Source of the DNA: an uncultured delta proteobacterium
Lineage (GTDB): Bacteria; Desulfobacterota; Syntrophia; Syntrophales; UBA2185
Reading direction: 5' to 3'
Length of the DNA stretch: 64,000 nucleotides
Assembly: GCA_963695875.1 (NCBI GenBank)
Contig: CAVOID010000009.1
Span: 32,001 to 96,000 of the forward strand
Both the position numbers and the translations under genes were made by a program. The notes beneath the pieces are model-generated. The model made no database searches, was not told the origin of the DNA, and saw only the letters and a program-made list of their open reading frames with translations. Positions 1-10,803 of this stretch are shown piece by piece. The first letter of the stretch is position 1. Each line of letters begins with the position of its first letter.

Positions 1-665
1 CAGCCGATATAAGGCCTATACCTAATTTATCATTCATTGCATAATGAGCAGCCAGTTTAGCCAAGGTCGTTGTTTTTCCTACACCTGTGGGACCAACAAA
101 GGCAACGACACCTTTTTTCTTCTTTTGACTTGAAACGGGGATAGACTTAGTGATTTTATCCTCCAATAATTTAAATGTATTCTCGAAACTATCTATTTTA
201 TCTATTGTGTTAACAAGCTTATAAGCCCTCTCTCGAGACACACCGTTTGCGACTAGATGATAATATAGCTTTGACGGTGGCCCGGGAAACAGATTTTTCT
301 CCCAGGTGCCGAGGACATTCATAAGGTTATTAAGATATTCTTTTAACTGGCTCAGTTCTCTGCGAAGGGGATCCTCTTTTCTGAAATCCCGTATCAGTGA
401 TTTCATTTCATCGATATCATTTCTGATCTTATCCAGGTCAGCAGATGCGCTCATCAGATTGTTGCCGATCTGCTTGTGTTTCACTCGGTTCACGGGAACT
501 GGACCTCTTCTCGCTTTCATCTCTGGCAGCTGTCACTTCAAGGAGTGGTACTTTTCCGCCTTTCAACCTCTTTGTCGACAGAATAACAGCCTCCTCGCCC
601 AGATCGCTTCTAATTTTGGTAACTGCCTCCTGAATACTCCTGACTTCATATCTTTTAATCTGCAT
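1..665 (-). CDS. flhF: Flagellar SRP-family GTPase FlhF (runs off window start; one frameshift at ~450-500)
   Basis: N-terminus MQIKRYEVRSIQEAVTKIRSDLGEEAVILST; another frame reads VAFVGPTGVGKTTTLAKLAA (P-loop) at ~50-110; follows flhA. Confidence 0.92.
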
Positions 666-666
666 T

Positions 667-2738
667 TTACAACTCCAGCATGCCCAGTGAATTGATATTC
701 ACATCGTGTGAAATCTCATTGTGAGAGAGAACAACGATATTCGGGAAAAACCTTTCCAATATCTTTTTAAAATGAATCCTAGTTTTTGGAGAACAGAGAA
801 CGATCGGCTGAAGTCCTCTTGTTGTAAAGGAACTGATAAATTTCTGCAGATTGCTAACAATCCTCTGTATCAAATTGGGATCTGCAACTAGGTAAGACTC
901 ATATTCGGTATGCTGAATGGAACTGTTTATACGATCTTCAACCTCCGGCGAAAGTATCACCACAGAGATGTTCCCTTTATCATCCTTGTATTGCTTTGTT
1001 ATAGTTCGTGCCAATGCTTGCCTAACATAACTGGTTAACAGGTCAACATTTTTTGTGATTGGTACATAATCCGCCAGGGTTTCGAGTATTGTCAAAAGAT
1101 CCCGAATGGAAATTCGTTCTTTCAGAAGTCTCTGTGAAACCTTCTGAAGGGTTCCCATAGGAATGACATTGGGAACGAGTTCCTCCACAACCTTCGGATG
1201 AGCTGATAGCTAAATTATCCAACAGCGATCGAACTTCTTCCCTGCCCAATAATTCATCGGCGTTCGATTTGATTATTTCTGTCAAATGGGTTGTTACTAC
1301 CGTGGCACAATCTACAACTATAAGTCCTCGAGCCTGGATATTTTCCTTTTCTTTCTCACTTACCCAGACCGCGGGCAGGCCGAAGGCTGGTTCTTTCGTT
1401 TGCACTCCCTTTACTGGAACTTCTCTATCTTCGGGAGTTATGGTAAGGTAATAACCGGGCATTAACTCACCCCTTGCTATTTCAACACCCTTCAATAGGA
1501 AGGAATATTCGTTAGGCTTTAGCTGAAGATTATCTCTGATATGAATGGCCGGTATAATAAACCCCATGTCTAGAGCCAACTGCTTTCTCAGTGACTTGAT
1601 TCTTTGAAGCAGTTCCCCACCCTGCGAAGCATCAACAAGGGGTATCAGACCATAACCAACCTCAAGTTCCATCAAATCAAGCGCCAGGAGTCTTTCAACA
1701 GCCTCTTTGGGCGCAATCGCCGGCACTTCCTCTTTTACTTCTTGTGATTTCTTTGCAAGCTTAAAAAGATTATAAGCCAACGCACCGCTCATCAGGGAAA
1801 TAATCATGAAAGAAACTTTCGGCATACCCGGAATTAAGCCGAATATGAAGAGCATAATCGATGCCGTTGCTATAGCCTTAGGCTGAACAAATAGCTGTCT
1901 CGTAAGATCGGCGCCTAGGTTAGAAGATGCTGTTGACCTCGTTACAAGCATGCCTGCTGCTGTTGATACAACGAGGGCAGGTACCTGCGTAACGAGACCA
2001 TCACCGATGGTAAGGAGGGTATATGTGCGGGCTGCATCTCCAATATCCATACCTTTTTGCAGTACACCGATAATCAATCCCCCTACAATGTTGATGATTA
2101 TTATGACTACACCCGCTATTGCGTCACCTCTGACAAACTTGCTCGCACCATCCATTGCCCCATAGAAATCAGCCTCTTTCTCAGTATCAGCTCTTCTCCT
2201 TCGAGCATCCGCTTCCGTTATGAGACCTGCATTGAGATCTGCGTCAATGCTCATCTGCTTGCCGGGCATGGCATCCAGTGTAAATCGTGCTGCAACTTCC
2301 GCGATTCTTGTCGCACCTTTGGTAATAACGATGAAGTTGATCAGGGTAAGAACAAAGAATACTATCAAACCGACAAAATAATTCCCTCCAACCACAAACG
2401 TACCAAAGGCCTTTATGACCTGGCCGGCAGCGGCAGTCCCTTCATTTCCGCGAAGAAGAATCAGACGTGTCGAAGCTACATTTAGAGATAACCTGAGAAG
2501 GGTTACCGTCAACAGGATAGAAGGAAAAACGGATAAATCCAACGGTCTCAAAACATACATGGACACCAGTAAAATAACAATTGAGATGGTAATATTGAAT
2601 GAAAGAAGTAAGTCGAGCAGGAATGTCGGCAGTGGTATGATCATTATGATAAGAACACCAATAACACCGACAGCCAGAATGGCCGTCCCGCTTCTTTCCC
2701 ATCCACCTAATAGAATCAGCTCTTGCGTCGGTCGCCAT
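667..2738 (-). CDS. flhA: Flagellar export protein FlhA (split into 3 ORFs by frameshifts at ~2690 and ~1200)
   Basis: RIAEVAARFTLDAMPGKQMSIDADL and FYGAMDGASKFVRGDAIAG motifs; the C-terminal domain continues in ORF 667..1188. Confidence 0.96.
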
Positions 2739-2745
2739 ATTTCCT

Positions 2746-3823
2746 TTACACCGCTACCCTTTTTTCCTTTAAGCCATAAATGTACGCCAATACCTCAGCG
2801 ACGGCTTTGTATAAATTTTCCGGTATTACCTCATTTACTTTTACCATCTTATTCAATACCTGTGCCAAAGGCTTGTTCTCAATTACGGGTACGTTGTTTT
2901 GCCTGGCTATTTCTTTTATTTTTTCAGCTATAAACCCTGCTCCCTTTGCTACAACAACAGGTGCAAACATCTTTAATTGATCATACTCTAAAGCCACTGC
3001 GATGTGGTCGGGGTTCGTGATCACAACGTCTGCCTTGGGGACTTTTGCCATCATCCGCTTCCTGGCCATCTCCCTCTGAATACGCCTGATCCTTGCCTTC
3101 ATAAGAGGATCTCCCTCTGTCTGCTTGTATTCATCCTTTATTTCCTGCCGCGACATTCTGAGTCCCTTTTCGTATTCCCATCTCTGATACACGTAATCCA
3201 GGACTGCCAGAACTATCAAAACCCACGATGTCCTCAAAATAATCTTGAATGAAATTTCCCCCATATAGACCATTATATCCCCGATACTCCTATCCATAAG
3301 GGAAGGAAGAACTTCTATTTCGCCCTTTCACCGTCACATATGCGACATAGCTTACTATGCATAGCTTCACTATACTCTTTGTCAATTCAGCAAATGATTT
3401 CAGGGAGAATAACCTCTGAAATCCCTTAAACGGATCTATCTTCGAAAATTTTGGTTCCAGTGCCTCCGCTGAAAATACTAACCCCACCTGGACGAAATTG
3501 GCCAGAATCCCTGCAATAAGGACAGTTATAAGGAGTGGAGCAATAAGAATAAAAAATTCATACACCCATCCCATGGCGAGTGTTTGAATATTATCTGTAT
3601 TGATAAGTAGTGTCCCGGATTCCTTCAGAAAACCACTGATGAGACCCATCATTTTCTTGGTCAGGCGGGTGGCATCAAAATTAAAATATGTCAGACATGC
3701 TAATAATATCGCGACAGAGGCTATTTCCTGACTCTTTGCAACCTGCCCTTTTTTTCTCGCCTCTTCCCGCCGTCTCGGTGTCGCTTGTTCTGTTCTTTCC
3801 TGATCTCTATCGTCGTCTGCCAT
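2746..3823 (-). CDS. flhB: Flagellar export protein FlhB (frameshift ~3310)
   Basis: ERTEQATPRRREEARKKGQVAKS N-terminus; EGDP and VVITNPDH autocleavage-loop motif in the downstream ORF. Confidence 0.95.
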
Positions 3824-3879
3824 AGACCGATCCTCATCTATTAACTGACACTCAAGTCAAAAAACTGTCTTTTTACTAT

Positions 3880-4053
3880 GAGACTTTTACAAAACTGAAA
3901 ATTGCTTTCGTGACGGGGCGAAACGAAGATCGGGGCGCTTCCCGCAACCATGCCGTAAGGCCTGTTAAAGGGTATAATGCGTCTCAATATCTTCATCTCC
4001 GGAAAACCCTTACGAGCTTCGATTTTACGGTTATCGTGCTTTTCGCAGAAGCT
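3880..4053. repeat. Long imperfect inverted repeat (MITE-like or structured RNA) between fliR and flhB
   Basis: Ends gagacttttacaaaac and cttttcgcagaagct are roughly complementary; inner arms cgaagatcggggcgcttcccg and ccggaaaacccttacgagcttcg pair imperfectly. Confidence 0.45.
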
Positions 4054-4114
4054 AAATAATATATACGCGGGAAAAAGATATTGAGCCCTGTGAAGTCAAT
4101 TTTCAAAGATCTCA

Positions 4115-4894
4115 TTACATGAGACGGAGGAGCAAAATAATCTCTCCCTCAAGATTTGAGAAGTAACTTTCCACGACCCGCATGAAGATCGGTAACGTCA
4201 CTCCGATGCCTATCAGGCCAATAGCTATTTGCAGGGGAAAGCCGACTATAAATATATTTATCTGGGGTACCGTCCTTGCTATCAAACCCATTCCAACGCT
4301 CATAAATAACAAAACGGCAATTATGGGTGCTCCTGTTTTGATGGCAACTTCCAGCATATTTCTCACGAAAACAAGTATCAATTGCATCAACTCTCCTGAG
4401 AAATGAAAACCGAGGGGAGGCAGTATCCTGAAACTTTCTACTATGGCGTACAAAAAAATATGATGCCCATTCATAACCAGGAATATCAGCATAGCTATAA
4501 GATACTGAAACTGAGATATAATGGATACCTGCTCATTGTTGACGGGATCGATGACATTCACGATGGAAAAACCCATTTGAAACCCTATGAGCTGTCCGGC
4601 AAGTTGGATCCCGTCGAAAATCAACCTGCCGGCAAACCCGATCATAACACCGATCATGATCTCTCCCGCCATTCGGAATATGAGAGAAAAGATATCGGAA
4701 CTTAGTCTCCACGCTGTTGTTTGAACAAAAGGAAAGACAAGAAATGTAATTAAAAGAGCTAACCCCACCTTGACCCTGGCAGGAACTGTAACGTCTCCCA
4801 GTATCGGGATCGTTATAATCATCGCACTTACTCGAAGCAAAGTTAGGATGAATATTTCTGCCTGTTCGGCTGTTATGATTTGCATATGTTTCAA
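4115..4894 (-). CDS. fliR: Flagellar export protein FliR
   Basis: Hydrophobic; AGQLIGFQMGFS, LIARTVPQINIFIVGFPL. Confidence 0.95.
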   Translation of the reverse strand: MKHMQIITAEQAEIFILTLLRVSAMIITIPILGDVTVPARVKVGLALLITFLVFPFVQTTAWRLSSDIFSLIFRMAGEIMIGVMIGFAGRLIFDGIQLAGQLIGFQMGFSIVNVIDPVNNEQVSIISQFQYLIAMLIFLVMNGHHIFLYAIVESFRILPPLGFHFSGELMQLILVFVRNMLEVAIKTGAPIIAVLLFMSVGMGLIARTVPQINIFIVGFPLQIAIGLIGIGVTLPIFMRVVESYFSNLEGEIILLLRLM

Positions 4895-4953
4895 TTGAAC
4901 TAAGTGAGGTAGTTCAGGTCAGATAAAGATGACAAAATTATCCTCCCCTTTCT

Positions 4954-5223
4954 CTACCTGATATACATTGGAAAATTTGAAAATATGTTTTGGGTATACT
5001 CTATCATTATATTAAGCATCCATGGTAACGCGACAATGAGAGCAATCAAAACGGCTACAATCTTTGGAACAAATACTAATGTCATCTCTTGAATCTGCGT
5101 AACAGCCTGAAAGATACTGATAGCAAGTCCGACAATAAGACCGACAAGCAACATTGGCGCCGATATCAGAAGGGTCACTTTTATCGTTTCAACTGCTATA
5201 CCCATTACAAAATCACTGGACAT
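4954..5223 (-). CDS. fliQ: Flagellar export protein FliQ (start at ATG 5223)
   Basis: ISIFQAVTQIQEMTLVFVPKI. Confidence 0.95.
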   Translation of the reverse strand: MSSDFVMGIAVETIKVTLLISAPMLLVGLIVGLAISIFQAVTQIQEMTLVFVPKIVAVLIALIVALPWMLNIMIEYTQNIFSNFPMYIR

Positions 5224-5245
5224 TTCAAATATCCCTGCAATCAAA

Positions 5246-6031
5246 TTACATAGGTCCAAAACTTTGAACCAGTGACCCGACAATCAGATACCAGCCATCA
5301 ACCAGGACGAAAAGTAGCAACTTAAAAGGCAGGCTTACCATGATAGGCGGAAGCATAAGCATACCCATTGAAAGAAGTACACTGGCAACAACCATATCCA
5401 GTACCAGGAAAGGCATATATATTAAGAATCCAATCTGAAAAGCCGTCCTTAATTCGCTTATTACAAAAGAAGGAATCAAGACGGAAAGGGATATGTCTGC
5501 CGGTGATTCCGGTCTTTTCATTTTTGAAATCTTTACAAATAGGGCGAGATCCTTTTCCCTGGTTTGCTTAAGCATAAAATCTTTGACAGGTTGGGCGCTG
5601 AGTTCAAAGGCCTTTTCTCCCGATATCTGATTATTGAAATACGGTTGAAGGGCCTGGGTATTCACCTTTTCCCATACGGGCGTCATAATAAAAAAAGTGA
5701 GAAATAGCGAAAGCCCGATGATAACTTGATTAGGGGGCAACTGCTGTGTACCCAGGGCATGTCTTAGAAGAGAAAACACAACAACGATTCTCGTAAACGA
5801 GGTCAACATAATAAGAATGGAAGGAGCAAGAGCCAATACTGTAAGCAGCATGAGGAGTTTAAGGACAGTCGATACCTGACCTGATTCACCGGCACCACCG
5901 ATGTTCAGATTTATGGTTGGAATAGGAAGGGGTTCAGACCATGCTGATGGTATGAACAAAAAAAATGAACCAATGAAAATCAGCAGGCACACTAAATATT
6001 TAATTTGATTATTACGGGTTCGATTATTCAT
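5246..6031 (-). CDS. fliP: Flagellar export protein FliP
   Basis: MLTSFTRIVVVFSLLRHALGTQQLPPNQV; SLPFKLLLFVLVDGW. Confidence 0.97.
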   Translation of the reverse strand: MNNRTRNNQIKYLVCLLIFIGSFFLFIPSAWSEPLPIPTINLNIGGAGESGQVSTVLKLLMLLTVLALAPSILIMLTSFTRIVVVFSLLRHALGTQQLPPNQVIIGLSLFLTFFIMTPVWEKVNTQALQPYFNNQISGEKAFELSAQPVKDFMLKQTREKDLALFVKISKMKRPESPADISLSVLIPSFVISELRTAFQIGFLIYMPFLVLDMVVASVLLSMGMLMLPPIMVSLPFKLLLFVLVDGWYLIVGSLVQSFGPM

Positions 6032-6428
6032 TTTCTCGGGACTTTCTTCTCGTCTGGCCTGAAGCCAACAACTTGCTTCTGTACGATGTCAAATTATCAA
6101 AAAGGGAGACTGAATTCTTTTTTCCTCTGTCTGAATCATTCAGCTTCTCTAGAGATTTAGAATCCGAAATCGTTGTAAGCATGGTAATCTGATTATTTGC
6201 TATTCCAACGACTATGATGCTGTTTAGAACATCCATAAGCATAATGCTGCATTTCGGTCCTATATATCTTGTCGATATGATCTTTATAAACTTACCATCA
6301 TCAATGCTTGTCCCCGACCCCTTTATAAACTTCTTGAAAAAAAACATCGCTGCGATCATGATTCCCAAGACTACAGCAAGAGCTGAAATCATTTTTACCA
6401 GTGATGATATGAAATCCACCGTACCCAT
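6024..6428 (-). CDS. fliO: Flagellar protein FliO/FliZ
   Basis: Single N-terminal TM plus beta-rich segment (IKIISTRYIGPK); located between fliN and fliP. Confidence 0.85.
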   Translation of the reverse strand: MGTVDFISSLVKMISALAVVLGIMIAAMFFFKKFIKGSGTSIDDGKFIKIISTRYIGPKCSIMLMDVLNSIIVVGIANNQITMLTTISDSKSLEKLNDSDRGKKNSVSLFDNLTSYRSKLLASGQTRRKSRENE

Positions 6429-6438
6429 ATATGCTCTC

Positions 6439-6879
6439 CTATTTGAGTTTACTGACTCGTTCCGCGGGGGAAACGATATCGGTCAGGCGAATGCCGAACT
6501 TTTCATTGACTACCACAACTTCACCTTTGGCAATCAGTCTCTGGTTAATAAACACATCCATTGGTTCACCCGCAAACTTTGCCAGTTCAACAACTGATCC
6601 CTGCCCTAACTGAAGAAGTTCACCAATAAGCATCTTTGATCTACCCAGCTCAACGGTTACTGTAAGAGGGATATCCAGGATAAAATCAATATCTATGGAC
6701 GCACCGTTTTTTCGCTCTGTTTTATGAAGCTCATCGAAATTTGCCGTACCCACAGCGGTTTTTGGTTGTTTCTTTGATGCTTCCATCTCTGTCTGAACAT
6801 CATCCCAGCTGATATTATCATCGCCTTTATTTTCAGAATCTGCTCCCTTCATCAGGTTGTCTATTTCATTCTGTTCCAT
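6439..6879 (-). CDS. fliN: Flagellar motor switch protein FliN
   Basis: IDFILDIPLTVTVELGRSKM...AKGEVVVVNEKFGIRLTDI SpoA domain. Confidence 0.96.
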   Translation of the reverse strand: MEQNEIDNLMKGADSENKGDDNISWDDVQTEMEASKKQPKTAVGTANFDELHKTERKNGASIDIDFILDIPLTVTVELGRSKMLIGELLQLGQGSVVELAKFAGEPMDVFINQRLIAKGEVVVVNEKFGIRLTDIVSPAERVSKLK

Positions 6880-7867
6880 ACTGAATAACCTCTCTTCTAC
6901 TAATTAAATGTTTAATCTGTAGGGCCTGGTTTCCTCTGCACACGCCCGGATATCCCCTAAATTTCAGTATACCCTCCACGGAGATATCTATAGGGTCCGA
7001 AGCATATTGATCTAGGAGGACTACATCTCCTATTTTGAGATCCCGCACATCCCGAGTCAAAAGATGTGACTGCCCCAGCCGAGCCACCAACTCAAGTCCT
7101 GAGGACATCAATTCCTCCTTCAAACGTTTCTCCCATTCCTTGTCAACATCAAGATAATCGCTCTGAAATCCTGCCTGTAATTTCTCCCGGATAGGTTCCA
7201 AAGTTGAGTATGGTATGCATAAAGAAATTATGCCGGAGGAATAATCCATCTCGATTTCAAAATTAACGACCACTACAACGTCAGTTAAAGGAACAATATG
7301 TGCGAACTGGGGATTAATTTCAGACCTTTGATAGGTCATTTTTACATCTAACAGCGCTTTCCATGCTTTTTCGAGGTCCAGCAGGGCACTTAAGACGACC
7401 TTTTTGATCAAGTTATTTTCAATTGCGGTAAACTCTCTCCCTTCCACTTTAAATCCGTTCCTTCCTGAGCCTCCGAAGACTATATCTACCAGAGTAAATA
7501 TAACTTTTGACTCAACAACGATGATCGCATTACCTCTTAATGGATCTATCCGGAAAAGGTGCAGGCTTGTGGGGACTGGTAATGTCTTGAGGAAGTCCCC
7601 ATATTTTATGGTATCAATGGATAGGGCGCTTACACTAGCAACTTTTCTCAACAATGATGAAAGTGTGGCCCGGAACATCCTGGCAAATTTTTCATTGGTC
7701 ATCTCGAGGGTAGGCATTCTCCCCCTGATGATACGATCCTGGCTGGTCAGATCATAGCGTATGGCAACCGAGGGGTCATATTCTTTCTGCGACTCGGTTT
7801 CAACTTCACCATCCGATATTCCTTTTAGAAGAGCATCTACTTCTTCCTGGGATAATATTTGGGACAT
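6866..7867 (-). CDS. fliM: Flagellar motor switch protein FliM
   Basis: N-terminal CheY-binding motif ILSQEEVDALL; GRMPTLE; C-terminal SpoA domain. Confidence 0.97.
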   Translation of the reverse strand: MSQILSQEEVDALLKGISDGEVETESQKEYDPSVAIRYDLTSQDRIIRGRMPTLEMTNEKFARMFRATLSSLLRKVASVSALSIDTIKYGDFLKTLPVPTSLHLFRIDPLRGNAIIVVESKVIFTLVDIVFGGSGRNGFKVEGREFTAIENNLIKKVVLSALLDLEKAWKALLDVKMTYQRSEINPQFAHIVPLTDVVVVVNFEIEMDYSSGIISLCIPYSTLEPIREKLQAGFQSDYLDVDKEWEKRLKEELMSSGLELVARLGQSHLLTRDVRDLKIGDVVLLDQYASDPIDISVEGILKFRGYPGVCRGNQALQIKHLISRREVIQYGTE

Positions 7868-7946
7868 AATAACCCTTTCAAGTATTTAAGCCTTGCTATA
7901 ATTGGTCTGCGTTACGTTTTATCGGATACCGACAAGTTAATAACAA

Positions 7947-8432
7947 TTACTGAATAACAAACTCTGTAAAGTAAACCTTAACAATTTTTCCACCAGTCAA
8001 GAAGCTGTTCAGTCGCACCATAATCTCTTCTCTCAGGCGCTGTTTTCCGGAAATATCCATAATATCTTTATACGTTTTCGATGAGAGAAGATCCAAAACG
8101 TTATCTCTCAGTTTTGGTTTTAACTGGTTCATTTCTGCGATATAATTTTTATCCGAGATATCGAGCTCGATAACAATTTTCAGATACCGGTCAGAGTTTT
8201 CATCCCTTATATTAACGATAAAGGGATCCATTGGCCATATAGCCCCTACCGGTGCCTGATGTTCCACCTGCTCCTTATTATTGAAAAATTTCTTATAATA
8301 AATAGCCCCAAAGGCGCCGGCTGTTACCACGATTAAAACAGCAACACCCATAATAATAAGCTTCTTGAGAGGTAATTTCTTCTTTTGCGGGACTTCTTCT
8401 ACAACCTGTTCTTCTTTTTCTTCTCTTGCCAT
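7947..8432 (-). CDS. fliL: Flagellar basal body-associated protein FliL
   Basis: Single TM, PFIVNI, C-terminal VYFTEFVIQ. Confidence 0.93.
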   Translation of the reverse strand: MAREEKEEQVVEEVPQKKKLPLKKLIIMGVAVLIVVTAGAFGAIYYKKFFNNKEQVEHQAPVGAIWPMDPFIVNIRDENSDRYLKIVIELDISDKNYIAEMNQLKPKLRDNVLDLLSSKTYKDIMDISGKQRLREEIMVRLNSFLTGGKIVKVYFTEFVIQ

Positions 8433-8508
8433 TGCACCCTCTCGACCATTATGAAATGTTAATGAAATTCTTGAGATATGTTTGCTCTAAATATTCAGCA
8501 TTTGTAAT

Positions 8509-8524
8509 AGCAAATAATATACCA
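8509..8524 (-). promoter_or_regulatory. sigma54 (-24/-12) promoter for the fliL operon
   Basis: Minus strand reads TGGTAT-ATTAT-TTGCT, ~77 nt upstream of the fliL start. Confidence 0.8.
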
Positions 8525-8755
8525 GACAAATAATTGCAGAACGGAAGGAGTATGGAGGGAAATCAGGAACGGGGGCCTGTAGGCGAAGTCATTATCTCGA
8601 TAGTATAAATTGTCTATCAGACTGATATTGTTAATTGTTTATAAATTAGATTTTTGAGGTAGTACACTATACCTCATACCGAATTCATTTTTTGAATTCT
8701 TTATTGCAAATATTCCTCAGGGGTCTTTTTGACAAATAGTCAGAAATTTGACAAG

Positions 8756-8784
8756 AAAAAGGGCTGAGGAACTATCCTCAGCCC
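8756..8784 (-). terminator. Rho-independent terminator after flgE
   Basis: Perfect 10-bp stem gggctgagga-acta-tcctcagccc followed on the minus strand by a T-run, 14 nt after the flgE stop. Confidence 0.85.
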
Positions 8785-8797
8785 CTATTGTATGAAA

Positions 8798-10030
8798 TTA
8801 CCTCTTGATGTTTATCAGTTCCGTAAGCATCGCGTCCTCGGTGGTAATGACCCGTGCGTTTGCTGAGTAGGATTTCTGGGCCGTGATCATATTAATGAAC
8901 TCCGTAGCTATATCCGTATTCGACATCTCGAGGCTGTTTGCCGATACGTTGCCCATTCCGGAAGCGCCCGGAACGTTTCTGATGGCCGGTCCCGATGTTA
9001 CCGTTTCGCCGAACAGATTGGAACCCATCTTTCTCAAACCCCAGGTATTATCGAAATCAGCTAATACTATCTGGGCCAGGTCCGACGTCTGCCCGTTTGT
9101 GAAGAAACCACCGATTGTTCCATCATTCCTCACAGAAAGGCTTTTCAAAAGACCGGAGGCATAGCCGTCATTGGTCAGAGATTTAATGACGGATGTACTC
9201 GCATAACCTGTCATGCTCAAAGCATCAGGGCTGATCATGTCCCAGGTGAGAGTATTACCGGCACCAATGGTGACTCCGCTGGGGAGCGCTGCAGCTGCAA
9301 AGGTAATGGTGTTATTAGCGGGCCCGATAAGATTACCATCGGCATCAAAATGGAAAACTGCAGTGGTCTGGGTTGCAGCATCCGTTCCATCCAAATCAAC
9401 CACAATGTTCCAGGTACTGGAGTCGCCGGCCGCTGTTGCGGCCTTTGTGTATGTAACACCGAGGCTGTGTTTATCTCCCAGAGAATCATATACCGTCTGT
9501 GTGGTCGTATAGGTGTCAGCTAATGCAGTGTCGGAGTCCAGATTCGCGCCAACGGAGAAGGTGGTTGACGTTGCCGGGGCTGACTGGACATTTCTCAGAG
9601 AAATATCCGTAATCATTCCCGTGGCGGCGCCGAAGAAATTATAACCCTGAAGCTTATAGCCATTCGTATCGACAAGATTACCGTTACTATCTAAATGAAA
9701 GGCTCCTGCCCGCGTGTAATACGAGGCACCGTCTTGATCGTTCACTATAAAAAATCCGTCCCCGTCAATGGCGACATCCGTTGCGTTTCCCGTCGATTCA
9801 AAAGAACCGGGGCCGAATAGTGTGCCCACCTCTGATACCTCGACGCCACGGCCCACCTGCATAGACCCCGATGAGCCGCCCGATATACTCTGGCTCAAGA
9901 CATCAGAAAAGAATGTTTTCCCCGCTTTATAGCCAATGGTATTGACATTCGCGACATTGTTCGCGATAACGTCCATCTCTTTGGCACTGGCATTCAAACC
10001 TGAAATTCCTGCCCATAATGCACTTCCCAT
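8798..10030 (-). CDS. flgE: Flagellar hook protein FlgE
   Basis: MDVIANNVANVNTIGYK, YYTRAGAFHLD, LEMSNTDIATEFINMITAQ. Confidence 0.97.
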   Translation of the reverse strand: MGSALWAGISGLNASAKEMDVIANNVANVNTIGYKAGKTFFSDVLSQSISGGSSGSMQVGRGVEVSEVGTLFGPGSFESTGNATDVAIDGDGFFIVNDQDGASYYTRAGAFHLDSNGNLVDTNGYKLQGYNFFGAATGMITDISLRNVQSAPATSTTFSVGANLDSDTALADTYTTTQTVYDSLGDKHSLGVTYTKAATAAGDSSTWNIVVDLDGTDAATQTTAVFHFDADGNLIGPANNTITFAAAALPSGVTIGAGNTLTWDMISPDALSMTGYASTSVIKSLTNDGYASGLLKSLSVRNDGTIGGFFTNGQTSDLAQIVLADFDNTWGLRKMGSNLFGETVTSGPAIRNVPGASGMGNVSANSLEMSNTDIATEFINMITAQKSYSANARVITTEDAMLTELINIKR

Positions 10031-10123
10031 TTTTATGTCCTCCTTAATATATTTATATTTTGTTTATATTTGTAGCTTTTTTAAAGCCCTCATATCTAAT
10101 CGCCAAAGTCTCTCTCTATGGTA

Positions 10124-10782
10124 TTAATTCACCGGCTTCCTGACGGATATGATGTCGCTGAAAGCGATATCTTGTCCGTTCACAGTAAGGTAAGGCACAC
10201 CGTTCTTGAACGTAGTGCTCGTTACCTTGCCCGTCACCATCGTGGTTGGAGATACATCCTTCCCGCTAGCGTCGGTCGCGGACACTCTCAAAGGTGTAAG
10301 TCCCTGCTGGAACGTTCAAACAACTCCAGGTCAGACGAATTAATACCCGCCTTTTGAGATCCAAGGCTAAGTGTTCTTACTAGTGCACCTTGAGCATCGT
10401 AAATTTTAACGACCCCTTGTTTAACATCACTCGGCAGATTATAGTACAGAGTGTTTGTCGATCCTTGGACTTCGGTGGTATTTCCATTGGCGGATACTTC
10501 GTTGCCAATGAGATTGACCAGCTGGCTGTTACTCATCGACGAAATGGAGGTCCCCAGAGATCCAAGCTGTGTGCTCATGTTCTGCAATTGCTCGAGACTC
10601 GAGAACTGGGCAAGTTGGGCGGCAAAATCCTTTCCATCGAGGGGATTGAGAGGATCCTGATTTTTGAGCTGAGCAATCAGCATCTTGAGAAAATCTTCCT
10701 TTCCCAGCACGTTCTTGTTCGACTGGCTTGCACTTGTGGTCCCACTGTTAATGCCTGTTACTGTAGTACTCATACTGTTCAC
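10124..10782 (-). CDS. flgD: Hook-capping protein FlgD (two frameshifts at ~10285-10335)
   Basis: LGKEDFLKMLIAQLKNQDPLNPLD; the C-terminus continues in other frames (TW...AGTYTF, GKVTSTTFKNGVPYLTVNG) to TAA at 10124. Confidence 0.92.
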
Positions 10783-10803
10783 CTCACATACATCATTTGT
10801 TAG

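Noticed and set aside
438..665. Programmed frameshifting in flhF, selB or other split genes
   Set aside because: No consistent slippery heptamer or stimulatory hairpin seen at the junctions I examined; same pattern as the window-wide indels
3900..4020. c-di-GMP riboswitch or 6S RNA in the fliR-flhB gap
   Set aside because: Could not identify the GEMM consensus elements or the usual zapA/ygfA context of 6S; kept only as a generic hairpin
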